Numbered from the stretch's first letter, positions 18,640-32,147 are shown. The stretch is 48,073 bases of DNA from Oscillospiraceae bacterium (GCA_016303235.1 JAEDMB010000001.1:1-48073); one strand, 5' to 3'. Numbers and translations are program-made. Notes: generated by a model from the letters alone, not told the origin.

Positions 18640-19953
18640 GTGATTAATACTGTTTCAAATGCTGATGAAATAAATCAGCTTTTACGCAGATACGGCGTTA
18701 AATTCGGCATATATAAAAACGGTCAGTTTAAAGAACAGTTTTTTCCTTTCGACCCTATTCCGAGAGTAATCGGGGCAGATGATTTCAGAGTTATTGAAAA
18801 GGGACTTGTTCAGAGAGCAGACGCACTCAACAAGTTCCTTTTTGATATTTACCACGAAAAAAATATTATACGTGACGGAGTTGTTCCGGAGGATTTTGTC
18901 TATATTTCAAGCGGTTATCTTCCGCAGTGCGAAGGTCTGACACCTCCCGAAAATATATACAGCCACATTTCCGGCATAGATTTGGTTGAGGGAAAAGACA
19001 ATGAATGGTATATTCTTGAAGATAATCTGCGTATTCCCTCCGGAGCATCGTATCCTCTCATAGCAAGGGAACTTACAAGAATGGCATCTCCCGATGTTTT
19101 CAAGACCAACGGCGTAGCCGATAACAGAAACTATGCAAATCTTTTAAAGGATACTATGGATTTTGTAAACAGAGGCGGAATAAATGCAATTCTTACCCCC
19201 GGAAGATATAATTCCGCTTATTTTGAACATTCATACCTTGCTGAACTTACAGGTGCATCACTCGTTCAGAATGATGAACTTTTTGTTGAAGACAATATGC
19301 TCTGGCAGAAAACATATTCGGGCGGAAAAACAAGAGTAGGCACTCTTTACAGAAGAATTTCCGATGAATACCTTGACCCGCTGAATTTCAATCCGGAATC
19401 CCTTATAGGTATTCCCAATCTTATGGAGGCATACCGTTCCGGAAATGTTGCTATAATGAATGCTCTCGGAAACGGCGTTGCAGATGACAAGGGAATTTAT
19501 TACTTTGTTCCGAAGATGATAAAATATTATCTCGGTGAGGACGCTATACTTAAAAACGCTCCGACTTATCTGCCTTTCTATGAAGATGACAGGGATTATG
19601 TCATTAAAAATATTGATAAGCTTGTAATCAAGGACGTTGCGGAGGCAGGCGGTTACGGTGTAATTTTCGGCAGTGACCTTTCAGACGAGAAAATTGAAAA
19701 TCTCCGTCAGACTATTAAAAAAGAACCACGTCGCTTTATAGCACAGGAAGTTATTGATTTCAAGGATTTGCCCATTCTTGAAAACGGTGAACAGGTTATG
19801 CGTAAGGCTGATTTGAGAGCCTTTGTGCTTTCGGGAGAGACTACACGTGTATGGGCATCGGGTCTGACAAGATTTTCAAGAAATCCCGATTCGTTTGTTG
19901 TAAATTCTTCACAGGGCGGAGGATTTAAAGATACATGGGTACTTTCAAGATAG
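18640..19953 (+). CDS. Circularly permuted type 2 ATP-grasp amide/peptide ligase
   Basis: FPFDPIPR, GIDL, EDNLRIPSGASY, TPGRYNSAYFEH, RRISDEYLDP, NALGNGVADDK, DLRAF, VNSSQGGGFKDTW; GTG 18640 follows RBS AGGCGTGA (the ORF-track start at 18475 spans the promoter). Confidence 0.92.
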   Translation: MINTVSNADEINQLLRRYGVKFGIYKNGQFKEQFFPFDPIPRVIGADDFRVIEKGLVQRADALNKFLFDIYHEKNIIRDGVVPEDFVYISSGYLPQCEGLTPPENIYSHISGIDLVEGKDNEWYILEDNLRIPSGASYPLIARELTRMASPDVFKTNGVADNRNYANLLKDTMDFVNRGGINAILTPGRYNSAYFEHSYLAELTGASLVQNDELFVEDNMLWQKTYSGGKTRVGTLYRRISDEYLDPLNFNPESLIGIPNLMEAYRSGNVAIMNALGNGVADDKGIYYFVPKMIKYYLGEDAILKNAPTYLPFYEDDRDYVIKNIDKLVIKDVAEAGGYGVIFGSDLSDEKIENLRQTIKKEPRRFIAQEVIDFKDLPILENGEQVMRKADLRAFVLSGETTRVWASGLTRFSRNPDSFVVNSSQGGGFKDTWVLSR

Positions 19954-19978
19954 AAATTTAATTTTATGGAGGTAATCA

Positions 19979-20698
19979 ATGAGCAATATTTCAATAGAAC
20001 ATGGCGACCGTCTTTACTGGCTCGGACGATATGCGGAAAGATTTTTTACTACTATGAAGTCACTTGAAAGACTTCATGATAAAGTTATAGACAGGGATTC
20101 CGAACACTATAAAAAATATCTTGAATGTTTCGGACTTTCCGACACTTACGGAGATTCAAAAAACTTTTTTGAAAGCTTTATTCTTGATAAAAATAACACA
20201 TGTTCAGTAGCTTACAGCCTTGAGAGAGCTTATGACAACGGAATTGTATTAAGAGAGGAAATTTCAACAGAGGCTCTTGCATACTTACAGCTTGCTATGG
20301 ATAAGCTTTACGGTCTTAAGGATAGTTCTTTAAAGGGACTTGCGGTAACTCTTTTACCGCTTCAGGATATAATGTTCAGTTTCTGGGGCTGTATTATGGA
20401 TAATGTTCACAGCGAGGAAATTAGAAATATTATCTTCTGCGGAAAGTATGTTGAAAGGCTTGAACTTTATATCCGCCTTAAATACCGCTATCAGCTTATT
20501 TCGAGAGAATTTGAAAGGCTCTGCACGGTTCTGAACAGGATTCCGGAAAATACTCCATATCGCTTTAATGAAAAGCAGTTATCAGTTATGGAGGATATTA
20601 TAAAGGATTCAGAAAGATATTCAGACAGCAGAAATGAAGTTCTTTCCGCTCTTGCAAAGCTTTTTGAACCCTCAAAGAGAAAGGATTTAGTAAGATGA
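19979..20698 (+). CDS. Alpha-E domain protein (DUF403-like)
   Basis: LYWLGRYAER and GKYVERLE ER motifs; follows the CP ATP-grasp gene. Confidence 0.88.
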   Translation: MSNISIEHGDRLYWLGRYAERFFTTMKSLERLHDKVIDRDSEHYKKYLECFGLSDTYGDSKNFFESFILDKNNTCSVAYSLERAYDNGIVLREEISTEALAYLQLAMDKLYGLKDSSLKGLAVTLLPLQDIMFSFWGCIMDNVHSEEIRNIIFCGKYVERLELYIRLKYRYQLISREFERLCTVLNRIPENTPYRFNEKQLSVMEDIIKDSERYSDSRNEVLSALAKLFEPSKRKDLVR

Positions 20699-21477
20699 AG
20701 ACACTGAATTTTTCATTTTCAACAAAACTTACTTTTGATAATTATGTTCATGACCATACGTTTGCACTCCGATGTATGCCTGTTGAAAGTCCATCACAGC
20801 ATACACTTAACTGCGAGCTTAATATATCTCCTTTTGTGCCGACACGAAACACTATGGATTCATTCGGAAATACAATTACTGCCGGATATATCAGCAAGGA
20901 ACACCGTTTTCTTGATTTTGAAATAAACGGACGTGCCGAAATAAATATTTCAAATCCTAAAACGGATTTTATGCCGTGTTATCTTTATAATTCAGCGTAT
21001 ACCGTTCCGGACAAGGCTCTTAAAGAATTTTACAGTGAATTGTCGGAAAAATGTTCCGCAGAAACTCCGTTTGACAGAACGGCATATTTTTCGGATAAAA
21101 TTTCCGATATAATTACATATGAAAAGGGAGTTACCGATACAAAGACAAAGGCATCGGAGGCTTTTGCACTTAAAAAGGGAGTTTGTCAGGATTTTTCGCA
21201 TATTATGCTTTCACTTCTCAGGCTTGACAAAATACCATGCCGATATATAGCAGGTCTTGCATGCTGTGACGGTGAAACTCACAGCTGGATTGAAGTCTGG
21301 GACGGTGAAAAGTGGTTCGGCTTTGACCCTGCCAACAACTGCCCTGTAAATGAAGATTATCTGATACTTTCACAGGGACGTGATTTCGGAGACTGTTCGA
21401 TTGACAGGGGAGTAATGTTCGGAGCTTATACAAGACAGCTCCAGCTTATAACATCAAATCTGACAGAAGTCTATTAA
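20695..21477 (+). CDS. Transglutaminase-like protein with N-terminal beta-sandwich
   Basis: Intact Cys-His-Asp triad (GVCQDFSH, THSWIEVW, GFDPAN); GRDFGD motif; ATGA coupling. Confidence 0.92.
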   Translation: MKTLNFSFSTKLTFDNYVHDHTFALRCMPVESPSQHTLNCELNISPFVPTRNTMDSFGNTITAGYISKEHRFLDFEINGRAEINISNPKTDFMPCYLYNSAYTVPDKALKEFYSELSEKCSAETPFDRTAYFSDKISDIITYEKGVTDTKTKASEAFALKKGVCQDFSHIMLSLLRLDKIPCRYIAGLACCDGETHSWIEVWDGEKWFGFDPANNCPVNEDYLILSQGRDFGDCSIDRGVMFGAYTRQLQLITSNLTEVY

Positions 21478-21499
21478 ACATCAAAGGAGTTATTTTTAA

Positions 21500-22444
21500 A
21501 TGATAAAGACATCAGCACAGGCTATGCTTTCAGTAAATGAAAAACTGAAAATTCAGAAAAACAGCATAAAAAACGGAAACAGCAAAAAGCGTATATCGAT
21601 TGTCACCGGTACTCACGGCGATGAGCTTGAGGGACAGTATATATGCTATACACTCGGAAAATATCTTAATGAAAATATCAGCCGTCTTAATGGTACTGTT
21701 GATATTTACCCCGCACTTAATCCCCTTGGAATTGACAGCATAACAAGAGGTATTCCAAACTATGATTTGGATATGAACAGAACATTCCCCGGAACGGAAT
21801 CGGGTACTATGCCTGAAATGATTGCACATGAAATTCTTGAGGATATAAAAGGTTCGGACATCTGCATTGACATTCACGCAAGCAATATATTTTTAATGGA
21901 AATTCCGCAGATAAGAATAAGCGTTCCCACTGCTGAAATGCTTGTTCCCTATGCAAAAATGCTGAATGTGGATTTCGTATGGGTTCACGAATCGGCAACG
22001 GTGCTTGAATCTACTCTTGCACATTCGCTTAATTCATCGGGAACTAAAACTCTTGTTGTTGAAATGGGAGTAGGTATGAGAATTACAAAGGAATACTGTT
22101 CACAGCTTATGAACGGAATTATTAATCTTCTTGTAAATCTTGAAATGCTCAAAGATGTTGACGTTCCGCAGGTAAGAGAGCCTGTTGTATCTCTTGACGG
22201 TGCAGTAGGATTTGTAAATTCTCCCTCTGCAGGAATTTTTGTTCCGGAGGCATCTTTCGGCAATATTATAGAAGAAGGCAGTATAATCGGAAATGTTGTG
22301 AATCCCCTTACTGCAAAAATCACTGAACAGGTTACTGCACCGTGTTCGGGACTTTTATTTACATTGCGTGAATATCCGGTAGTATACGGAGGTTCGCTTA
22401 TTGCAAGAATTTTAAGGCAGAATGAGGGAGGTTCAGAAAAATGA
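21500..22444 (+). CDS. M14-like (AstE/aspartoacylase family) zinc peptidase/deacylase with C-terminal lipoyl-like domain; active-site residues intact
   Basis: GTHGDE, DMNRTFPG, IDIHAS, catalytic VEMG. Confidence 0.88.
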   Translation: MIKTSAQAMLSVNEKLKIQKNSIKNGNSKKRISIVTGTHGDELEGQYICYTLGKYLNENISRLNGTVDIYPALNPLGIDSITRGIPNYDLDMNRTFPGTESGTMPEMIAHEILEDIKGSDICIDIHASNIFLMEIPQIRISVPTAEMLVPYAKMLNVDFVWVHESATVLESTLAHSLNSSGTKTLVVEMGVGMRITKEYCSQLMNGIINLLVNLEMLKDVDVPQVREPVVSLDGAVGFVNSPSAGIFVPEASFGNIIEEGSIIGNVVNPLTAKITEQVTAPCSGLLFTLREYPVVYGGSLIARILRQNEGGSEK

Positions 22445-23376
22445 TTGAAAAAACTGTTTTCACTGTTGAATCAATTTACAGAGAACCTCTTGACGTAAAG
22501 GCTTTCTGTTTCGGAGATACAAGCCAGAAAACCTTATGTATAATGGGTGCGATGCGTGGAAATGAAGTTCAGCAGATGTATGTGTGTTCAAGGCTTGTTG
22601 AAGAACTTAAAAAGCTTGAAGTTCATGGTGCTGTTGCAAAGGACAAGGGAATTATGATAATTCCGTGTGCGAATTATTACTCGATGAATATCGGAAAACG
22701 TTTCTGGGCTATGGATAACACGGATATAAACAGAATGTTTCCGGGGTATAATCTCGGAGAGACTACGCAGAGAATTGCAGACGGAATTTTTTCGGAAATT
22801 CAGGGCTATGAATACGGAATACAGCTTGCAAGCTTTTATCAGCCCGGAAGATTTCTGACACATGTCAAGCATATGGTTACGGAATTTACATCTGATGACG
22901 GACTTTCTGATTTCGGACTTCCATATGCCGTCAGAAGAACTCCACGCCCTTATGATACCACTACACTTAATTACAACTGGCAGTTGTGGAATACAAAGGC
23001 ATATTCACTGTTTACACAGTCAACCGATGACCTGAGGGAAAAAGCTACCGAAGAAGCTGTTCAGTCCGTTTTAAGATTTATGAAAAACCGTGGAATAATA
23101 AGTTATCCGGTACATTCGGGATATATCACTTCAATAATAGATGAATCTGATATGATTCCGGTATATTCTCCCTGCGGAGGAATATGCAGAATTACCGTAA
23201 AAACCGGAGATATTGTTGAAAAGGGTCAGCCTGTTGCTGAAATTCTCAATCCTCTTACATGTGAAATAGTTTCAGAAATTACTGCTCCCGAAAAATCAGT
23301 TGTATTCTTTCACATTGCATCACCGCTTATTGTTGAGGGTACAGTTATATTCAAGCTTGTCAGAAATAAAATATAA
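22441..23376 (+). CDS. M14/AstE-family paralog lacking zinc ligands (probable pseudo-peptidase)
   Basis: GAMRGNE (His to Arg), DINRMFPG retained, IQLAS in place of IDIHAS, SLFTQ in place of VEMG. Confidence 0.82.
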   Translation: MIEKTVFTVESIYREPLDVKAFCFGDTSQKTLCIMGAMRGNEVQQMYVCSRLVEELKKLEVHGAVAKDKGIMIIPCANYYSMNIGKRFWAMDNTDINRMFPGYNLGETTQRIADGIFSEIQGYEYGIQLASFYQPGRFLTHVKHMVTEFTSDDGLSDFGLPYAVRRTPRPYDTTTLNYNWQLWNTKAYSLFTQSTDDLREKATEEAVQSVLRFMKNRGIISYPVHSGYITSIIDESDMIPVYSPCGGICRITVKTGDIVEKGQPVAEILNPLTCEIVSEITAPEKSVVFFHIASPLIVEGTVIFKLVRNKI

Positions 23377-23409
23377 AAAATCGGGCGGATTTTATATCCG
23401 CCCTTTATT
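23375..23409. terminator. Bidirectional terminator between convergent genes
   Basis: GGGCGGAT-tttat-ATCCGCCC (23383-23403) flanked by an A run and T-rich sequence. Confidence 0.75.
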
Positions 23410-23419
23410 GTTTTACTGA

Positions 23420-25597
23420 TTAAAGTTCTGTAATGATATTTGCGATAAACTGCTGAATCATAAGAGCATCATCAGCTGTGATTCCGTTTCCGGTATTGTG
23501 AACATCGGCACAGAGAATAGCTTCATCGCTGAGAACGTTTGTTTTTGAATCGCCTACATATGATGCTATTGCTACAACATCGGCAATATCAACGAAGCTG
23601 TCGCCGTTTGCATCACCTTTGACACCGCTTATAGGATTAGTTGAAGTAGCTGTTGTAGTTGATGTTGCGGGAGTATTGGTTGCAGAAGTAGTAGCTGTTG
23701 TCTGTGAGGGTCTGGTAGGCTTTGTATTTTCTCCTGATGTTACAGTTGCTGAAGTAACAGTTGTAGTTGTAGTCTGTGTAGTTGTGGAAGTGGTTGAAGT
23801 TACTGTTGTAACAATCGGTTCTTCTGTACTGCCGTCGCCGTAGCCGTCAGAATTGAGGTATCCGTCATATGTTCCGCCGGAGGAAATCTGAATATTTGAG
23901 CTTGCTCTGTCTGAATAGAACTGTACTGCACCTGTCATATTCATATCACTCGGAACTGTGAGAACTGATACAACATTGTTGCCGTCCTTTGCAAAAATAA
24001 GAGTGCCTGCCTGAAGGCTCATATTAGTTGATGAAGTATATTTGCCGTTTGAAGTTGTCGGAGTTTCCATCATATCACTTGTGCCGATTCCGAATACAGT
24101 ACCGCCGGAGAATGTCAGAGTATAGTTTCCGTCACCTTTATCGAATATACCGTTTCCGCCTCTTGTAGGGCCGCATACGATTACAGTACCACCGCTTATA
24201 GTGAGGTTGCCGTTTGAATCGAGACCGTCACCCTCTGCTCTTACATACATGTAACCGCCGGAGATATTGAGCGTACCTGTTGAGGAACTTCCGCCCCAGC
24301 CACCTCCGGGATTCCAGCCACCTGAATTTGAATTTCCGGAACTGTCATTTCCGCCGGCAGCGTTGAAACCGTCATCGGAAGATACTACATGAATATTTCC
24401 GCCTTTGATTTCAATATCATATGCCTCAAGACCTTCATAGGATTTTGTTATATTTATAATACCGTCAGTAATTGTGAGAACGTCATCAGCGTGAACACCG
24501 TCATCGCCAGATGATGCCTGAATATTACCGCCTGATATGTTTATATCAGTAGCGTGAACGCTGTCGTCTGTTGAATTTATTGTGATGTTACCGCCTGCAA
24601 TATTTATAGTACCTTCGATAGTTGTGCTTGTAGTATCATCAGTACAGCCGGCTTTGAGACCCTTTGCACTTGTATCTGTTGAAGTTGAAGTGCTTCCGCC
24701 TCCGCCGGGGAATCCGCCACCACCCATATTTCCGCCTGATGATGAATTTGCAGGGCAGGTTGTTTCAATATTTATATCTCCTCCGTTTATATTAAGGAGC
24801 TGTGATGCGTGGAAACCGTCTGAATATGCAGTTATATCAACAGTTCCGCCGTTTACTGTGATATAGCCCTTTCCTGTTGTTGTATCTGTTTCAGTGGACT
24901 TGATACCGTCACCGCTTGTTGATTTTACAGTAACATTAAGCTTATCGAAAGAAGTATCATCTGCATTTCCTATTGTGACACTGTCCTTTCCTCTTATAGC
25001 ATCATCAACAGCATTTACTATAACAGTACCGTTGTAAATTTTGAGGTCATTTTTTGAAACTATACCGTCTTCGCAGTTTCCGTTTACTGTGAGAGTTCCC
25101 GAACCCTTTATTTTAAGGTCATCGCAGGAATATATAGCACCCATTTTTCCATCAGCATTTGTATAGCTTGTACCGTCTGAAATAGTATTTTCATAGCCTT
25201 TTTTTGCAACAATCTGACATTCATCGCCGATTGATGCAACATAAATCGGGGAATCAGATGTATTTTTGAGATTTACTCCGAGGAGGTCAAGTTCAACAAC
25301 ACCGTCCGGATAAGCAGTTTTGTCAACATTTACAACTATCTGACCTTCAGACATTTCACCTGATACTTCAAATATTGCAGGCTGAGTAATTGTTATAACG
25401 TTGTTGCTTACAGTAGCAATATCTGCTCCGGCAGTAGTAGTAATTCCTGAATCTGAAAGAGTAATAGTATAGGTTTCTGTTGTTACTTCAGTATCAGTTG
25501 CAGTTGTATCAGCTGCAACGGCATAATTGACCGGTGCAAACGGAACTGATGCTGTAAGCATAAATGCTGACGTGAGAATAGCTGTTAATTTTTTCAT
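23420..25597 (-). CDS. Secreted DUF4353 (Cthe_2159-like beta-helix carbohydrate-binding) protein with Thr linker and C-terminal dockerin
   Basis: Signal peptide; repeated DDAIRGKD / DDSVHA / DDGVHAD / YEGLEA / GDGLDSNG beta-helix motifs; dockerin GDANGDSFVDIAD...ADVHNTGNGITADDAL. Confidence 0.87.
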   Translation of the reverse strand: MKKLTAILTSAFMLTASVPFAPVNYAVAADTTATDTEVTTETYTITLSDSGITTTAGADIATVSNNVITITQPAIFEVSGEMSEGQIVVNVDKTAYPDGVVELDLLGVNLKNTSDSPIYVASIGDECQIVAKKGYENTISDGTSYTNADGKMGAIYSCDDLKIKGSGTLTVNGNCEDGIVSKNDLKIYNGTVIVNAVDDAIRGKDSVTIGNADDTSFDKLNVTVKSTSGDGIKSTETDTTTGKGYITVNGGTVDITAYSDGFHASQLLNINGGDINIETTCPANSSSGGNMGGGGFPGGGGSTSTSTDTSAKGLKAGCTDDTTSTTIEGTINIAGGNITINSTDDSVHATDINISGGNIQASSGDDGVHADDVLTITDGIINITKSYEGLEAYDIEIKGGNIHVVSSDDGFNAAGGNDSSGNSNSGGWNPGGGWGGSSSTGTLNISGGYMYVRAEGDGLDSNGNLTISGGTVIVCGPTRGGNGIFDKGDGNYTLTFSGGTVFGIGTSDMMETPTTSNGKYTSSTNMSLQAGTLIFAKDGNNVVSVLTVPSDMNMTGAVQFYSDRASSNIQISSGGTYDGYLNSDGYGDGSTEEPIVTTVTSTTSTTTQTTTTTVTSATVTSGENTKPTRPSQTTATTSATNTPATSTTTATSTNPISGVKGDANGDSFVDIADVVAIASYVGDSKTNVLSDEAILCADVHNTGNGITADDALMIQQFIANIITEL

Positions 25598-25678
25598 AAT
25601 AAAAGACTCCTTTTTATTTTAATTTTAAAATATCGGACACTGGATTTGATTTAATGGTTTTTTTCTTCAGGCAAATAC

Positions 25679-25706
25679 TTGACTTTTTCTGAAATATGGT
25701 TATAAT
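25679..25706 (+). promoter_or_regulatory. sigmaA promoter of the atp operon
   Basis: TTGACT (25679-25684), 16 nt, TATAAT (25701-25706). Confidence 0.65.
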
Positions 25707-25753
25707 ATAAATATGATTGTATTAAGTTTCCAGTCATTTACCTTATGGTTCAT

Positions 25754-25812
25754 ATTATATTATTTCATTCTTAAAATAGTCTTAAAAATTTCTTGAAATA
25801 ATCTTAAAATTT
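25754..25812 (-). promoter_or_regulatory. Four 11-bp direct repeats plus minus-strand -10: candidate OmpR/PhoB-family activated promoter of the DUF4353 gene
   Basis: TCTT(A/G)AAA at 25769, 25780, 25791 and 25802; minus-strand TATAAT at 25759-25754, 9 nt from the nearest repeat. Confidence 0.6.
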
Positions 25813-25853
25813 TCGTGAATTGTGAGGATAATTTTGTTGAACAGGTAAAAAAT

Positions 25854-26228
25854 ATGAACAGCTTTAATTTTAAAAATGAACTGAAATTCATTCTGTTATG
25901 GACACTTTCGCTTGACCTGATTGCTTATGGCATATCTGTATTATTTATAGGTATAAATATAAGATTCCTTATAGGTCTTGCACTCGGCAGTACAGCACTG
26001 TTTATAAATCTGTGGCACCTTAACAGGTCAGTTTCAAGAATTGCCGTATCAGGAGGCAGAGGCAGAAATCCTATGATGGGCGGATATCTTCTGCGTTCTC
26101 TGATTGCGTGTACTGTTGTAATAATTTCATTCCGGTTTGACTGGATTAATACAGTCGGAGCTGTTCTTCCGTTTTTTTACCCCAAAGTGATTTACACTTT
26201 GTATTCCATAGTAAAAGGAGGTAAATAG
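25854..26228 (+). CDS. atpI: ATP synthase protein I-like membrane protein
   Basis: Four hydrophobic segments, GYLLR motif, first gene of the atp operon. Confidence 0.75.
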   Translation: MNSFNFKNELKFILLWTLSLDLIAYGISVLFIGINIRFLIGLALGSTALFINLWHLNRSVSRIAVSGGRGRNPMMGGYLLRSLIACTVVIISFRFDWINTVGAVLPFFYPKVIYTLYSIVKGGK

Positions 26229-26232
26229 TTTT

Positions 26233-27274
<1,042 letters not shown>

Positions 27275-27292
27275 TTTCGGGAGTGAAAAATT

Positions 27293-27796
27293 TTGAATCT
27301 GGACTTTTTGACTATTGACATAGGTTCAATAATTTTCAACCTTGCAAATACCCTTATACTTTTTCTTGTCATAAAGCATTTCCTTTTCAAGCCCGTAAAT
27401 GATATTATCGAACAGCGTAAGCACGATGTCGAGGAAACTTATTCACTGGCTGATGAGGCTCTCGAAAATGCAAGACAGTCTGAAAAGAAATACAATGACC
27501 TTATAGGCAATGCAAGAGAGGAATCCGCTAAGATAATCAAAAATGCCTCCGAAACTGCTAACAGGCGTTCAGAGGAAATTATATCAGAGGCTAAAAGCAA
27601 TGCTGATATGATTATCAGAAAGGCTAATTCCGAAATCGAACGTGAAAAGGCAAACGCACGTTCTGCCGTTCGTGATGAGGTTTCAGACCTTGCTGTTATG
27701 GTTGCCGAAAAGGTTATTGACAAGGAAATCAACAGTGATGACCATCGCCGTTTTATCGATGAGTTTATCGAAAATGTAGGTGAAAATAATGACTGA
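27293..27796 (+). CDS. atpF: ATP synthase Fo subunit b
   Basis: N-terminal TM, FLFKPV...R, coiled coil, AEKVI; TTG start. Confidence 0.95.
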   Translation: MNLDFLTIDIGSIIFNLANTLILFLVIKHFLFKPVNDIIEQRKHDVEETYSLADEALENARQSEKKYNDLIGNAREESAKIIKNASETANRRSEEIISEAKSNADMIIRKANSEIEREKANARSAVRDEVSDLAVMVAEKVIDKEINSDDHRRFIDEFIENVGENND

Positions 27797-28331
27797 ACCT
27801 AAAATTTCATCAGTTTATGCGGAGGCTCTTTTTGAACTCGCCTGCGAAACTGACTGCCTTGAAGATGTATCTCTTGATTTGATTTCAGTTACTGATATTT
27901 TTGAAAAAAATCCCGAATTTCTGAATCTTCTTTCTGCTCCGAATCTCGGAAAGGAAGAAAAAATCGAATCACTTAAAAAAGTATTCGGGGACGATGAGGG
28001 AATACTGATGAATTTCCTCTGCCTTCTGACCGAAAAGCATCGTATCGGTTATATTTCGGAAATATGTGCTGATTTTAAAAAGCTCTACAACAAGCATAAG
28101 AATATCGAGGAGGTTACTGTTACGACAAGTATTCCCCTTGATGAATCCGAACGCAACAGGCTTATTGTAAAGCTTCAGAATAAGCTCGGAAAGAGAATCA
28201 AGCTTATTGAAAATGTTGACCCGTCCATTATAGGCGGAGTAAGGCTTTCCTACGGCGATACTCTTATTGATAACAGTATAGTATCAAGAATCAATTCAAT
28301 CTCCAAGGAACTCAAGAATAATAATATTTAA
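27789..28331 (+). CDS. atpH: ATP synthase F1 delta
   Basis: YAEALFE, VDPSIIGG, IDNSI. Confidence 0.95.
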   Translation: MTEPKISSVYAEALFELACETDCLEDVSLDLISVTDIFEKNPEFLNLLSAPNLGKEEKIESLKKVFGDDEGILMNFLCLLTEKHRIGYISEICADFKKLYNKHKNIEEVTVTTSIPLDESERNRLIVKLQNKLGKRIKLIENVDPSIIGGVRLSYGDTLIDNSIVSRINSISKELKNNNI

Positions 28332-28346
28332 AGAAGGTGTATTATA

Positions 28347-29867
28347 TTGAATTTACGCCCTGAAGAAATCAGCGGTATCATCAAGGAACAGATTAAGCAT
28401 TACAGTAACAAGCTTGAGCTTTCTGACATCGGAACTGTTATGACTGTCGGAGACGGTATCGCAAATATCCACGGCATAGAAAACTGTATGTCGGGCGAGC
28501 TTCTCGAATTTGAAAACGGCGTTAAAGGTATGGCTCTCAACCTTGAACAGGATTTCGTCGGAGCTGTTATGCTCGGTTCTGATACCGATATAAAAGAGGG
28601 TTCTGTTGTAAAGCGTACAGGTCAGATTGTTTCCGTACCGGTCGGCGAGGAAATGATTGGACGTGTAGTTGATGCACTCGGAAAGCCTATTGACGGCAAA
28701 GGCCCTATAAGAACCACTCTCACAGCTCCTATCGAGAAAATCGCATCGGGAATTATTACAAGAAAATCAGTTCATAAGCCCTTGCAGACAGGTATCAAAG
28801 CTATTGACTCTATGATTCCGATAGGCAGAGGTCAGCGTGAACTTATAATAGGTGACCGTCAGACAGGTAAAACTGCAATTGCACTTGATACTATAATAAA
28901 TCAGAAAGGCAAGGATATTATATGTATCTATGTTGCAATCGGTCAGAAACGTTCAACAGTTGCAAACGTTGTTGAAACTCTTACAAAGGCGGGAGCTATG
29001 GATTATTCAATAGTTGTATCCGCTACCGCTTCGGAGCTTGCACCGTTGCAGTATATAGCACCTTATGCAGGCTGTGCAATAGGTGAATATTTCCTTGATA
29101 AAGGTCAGGACGTTCTGTGCGTTTATGATGACTTGTCAAAGCACGCTGTCGCATACAGAACGCTTTCACTTCTTCTCAAAAGACCGCCGGGACGTGAGGC
29201 ATTCCCCGGAGATGTATTCTATCTTCATTCAAGACTTCTTGAACGTGCATGCTCTCTCAATGAAAATTACGGAGGCGGTTCTCTTACTGCACTTCCGATT
29301 ATTGAGACTCAGGCGGGAGACGTTTCAGCATATATCCCTACAAATGTAATTTCAATTACAGACGGTCAGATATTCCTTGAAACAGACCTTTTCAATGCCG
29401 GTATCAGACCTGCTGTCAACCCTGGTATCTCCGTATCACGTGTAGGAAGTGCTGCACAGATTAAGGCTATGAAAAAGGTTTCGGGTTCACTGAAACTTAT
29501 GTATTCGCAGTATCGTGAATTGCAGTCATTCTCACAGTTCGGCTCTGATTTGGATAAGGATACAAAGGAAAGACTCGAACAGGGCGAACGTATTGTTGAA
29601 GTTCTCAAGCAGGACAGAAACAAGCCTGTTGCCGTTGAAAATCAGGTTATAATTATCTATGCCGTTGTAAACAACTATCTTAAGGATATTCCGGTAAAGC
29701 TTATTTCTGATTATCAGAACGCACTTTTTGAATATATTGATACTTCATACCCTGAAATTACCGAATCAATCAGAACTTCCGGACAGCTTTCAGATGAAAA
29801 TGAAACAAAGCTCAGAGAGGCTCTGAGTACCTTTGCTGAAAAATATATGTCCGATAAAAAGCAGTGA
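28347..29867 (+). CDS. atpA: ATP synthase F1 alpha
   Basis: [33 protein letters not shown] start. Confidence 0.98.
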   Translation: MNLRPEEISGIIKEQIKHYSNKLELSDIGTVMTVGDGIANIHGIENCMSGELLEFENGVKGMALNLEQDFVGAVMLGSDTDIKEGSVVKRTGQIVSVPVGEEMIGRVVDALGKPIDGKGPIRTTLTAPIEKIASGIITRKSVHKPLQTGIKAIDSMIPIGRGQRELIIGDRQTGKTAIALDTIINQKGKDIICIYVAIGQKRSTVANVVETLTKAGAMDYSIVVSATASELAPLQYIAPYAGCAIGEYFLDKGQDVLCVYDDLSKHAVAYRTLSLLLKRPPGREAFPGDVFYLHSRLLERACSLNENYGGGSLTALPIIETQAGDVSAYIPTNVISITDGQIFLETDLFNAGIRPAVNPGISVSRVGSAAQIKAMKKVSGSLKLMYSQYRELQSFSQFGSDLDKDTKERLEQGERIVEVLKQDRNKPVAVENQVIIIYAVVNNYLKDIPVKLISDYQNALFEYIDTSYPEITESIRTSGQLSDENETKLREALSTFAEKYMSDKKQ

Positions 29868-29878
29868 GGTGATTTGAT

Positions 29879-32146
<2,268 letters not shown>

Positions 32147-32147
<1 letters not shown>

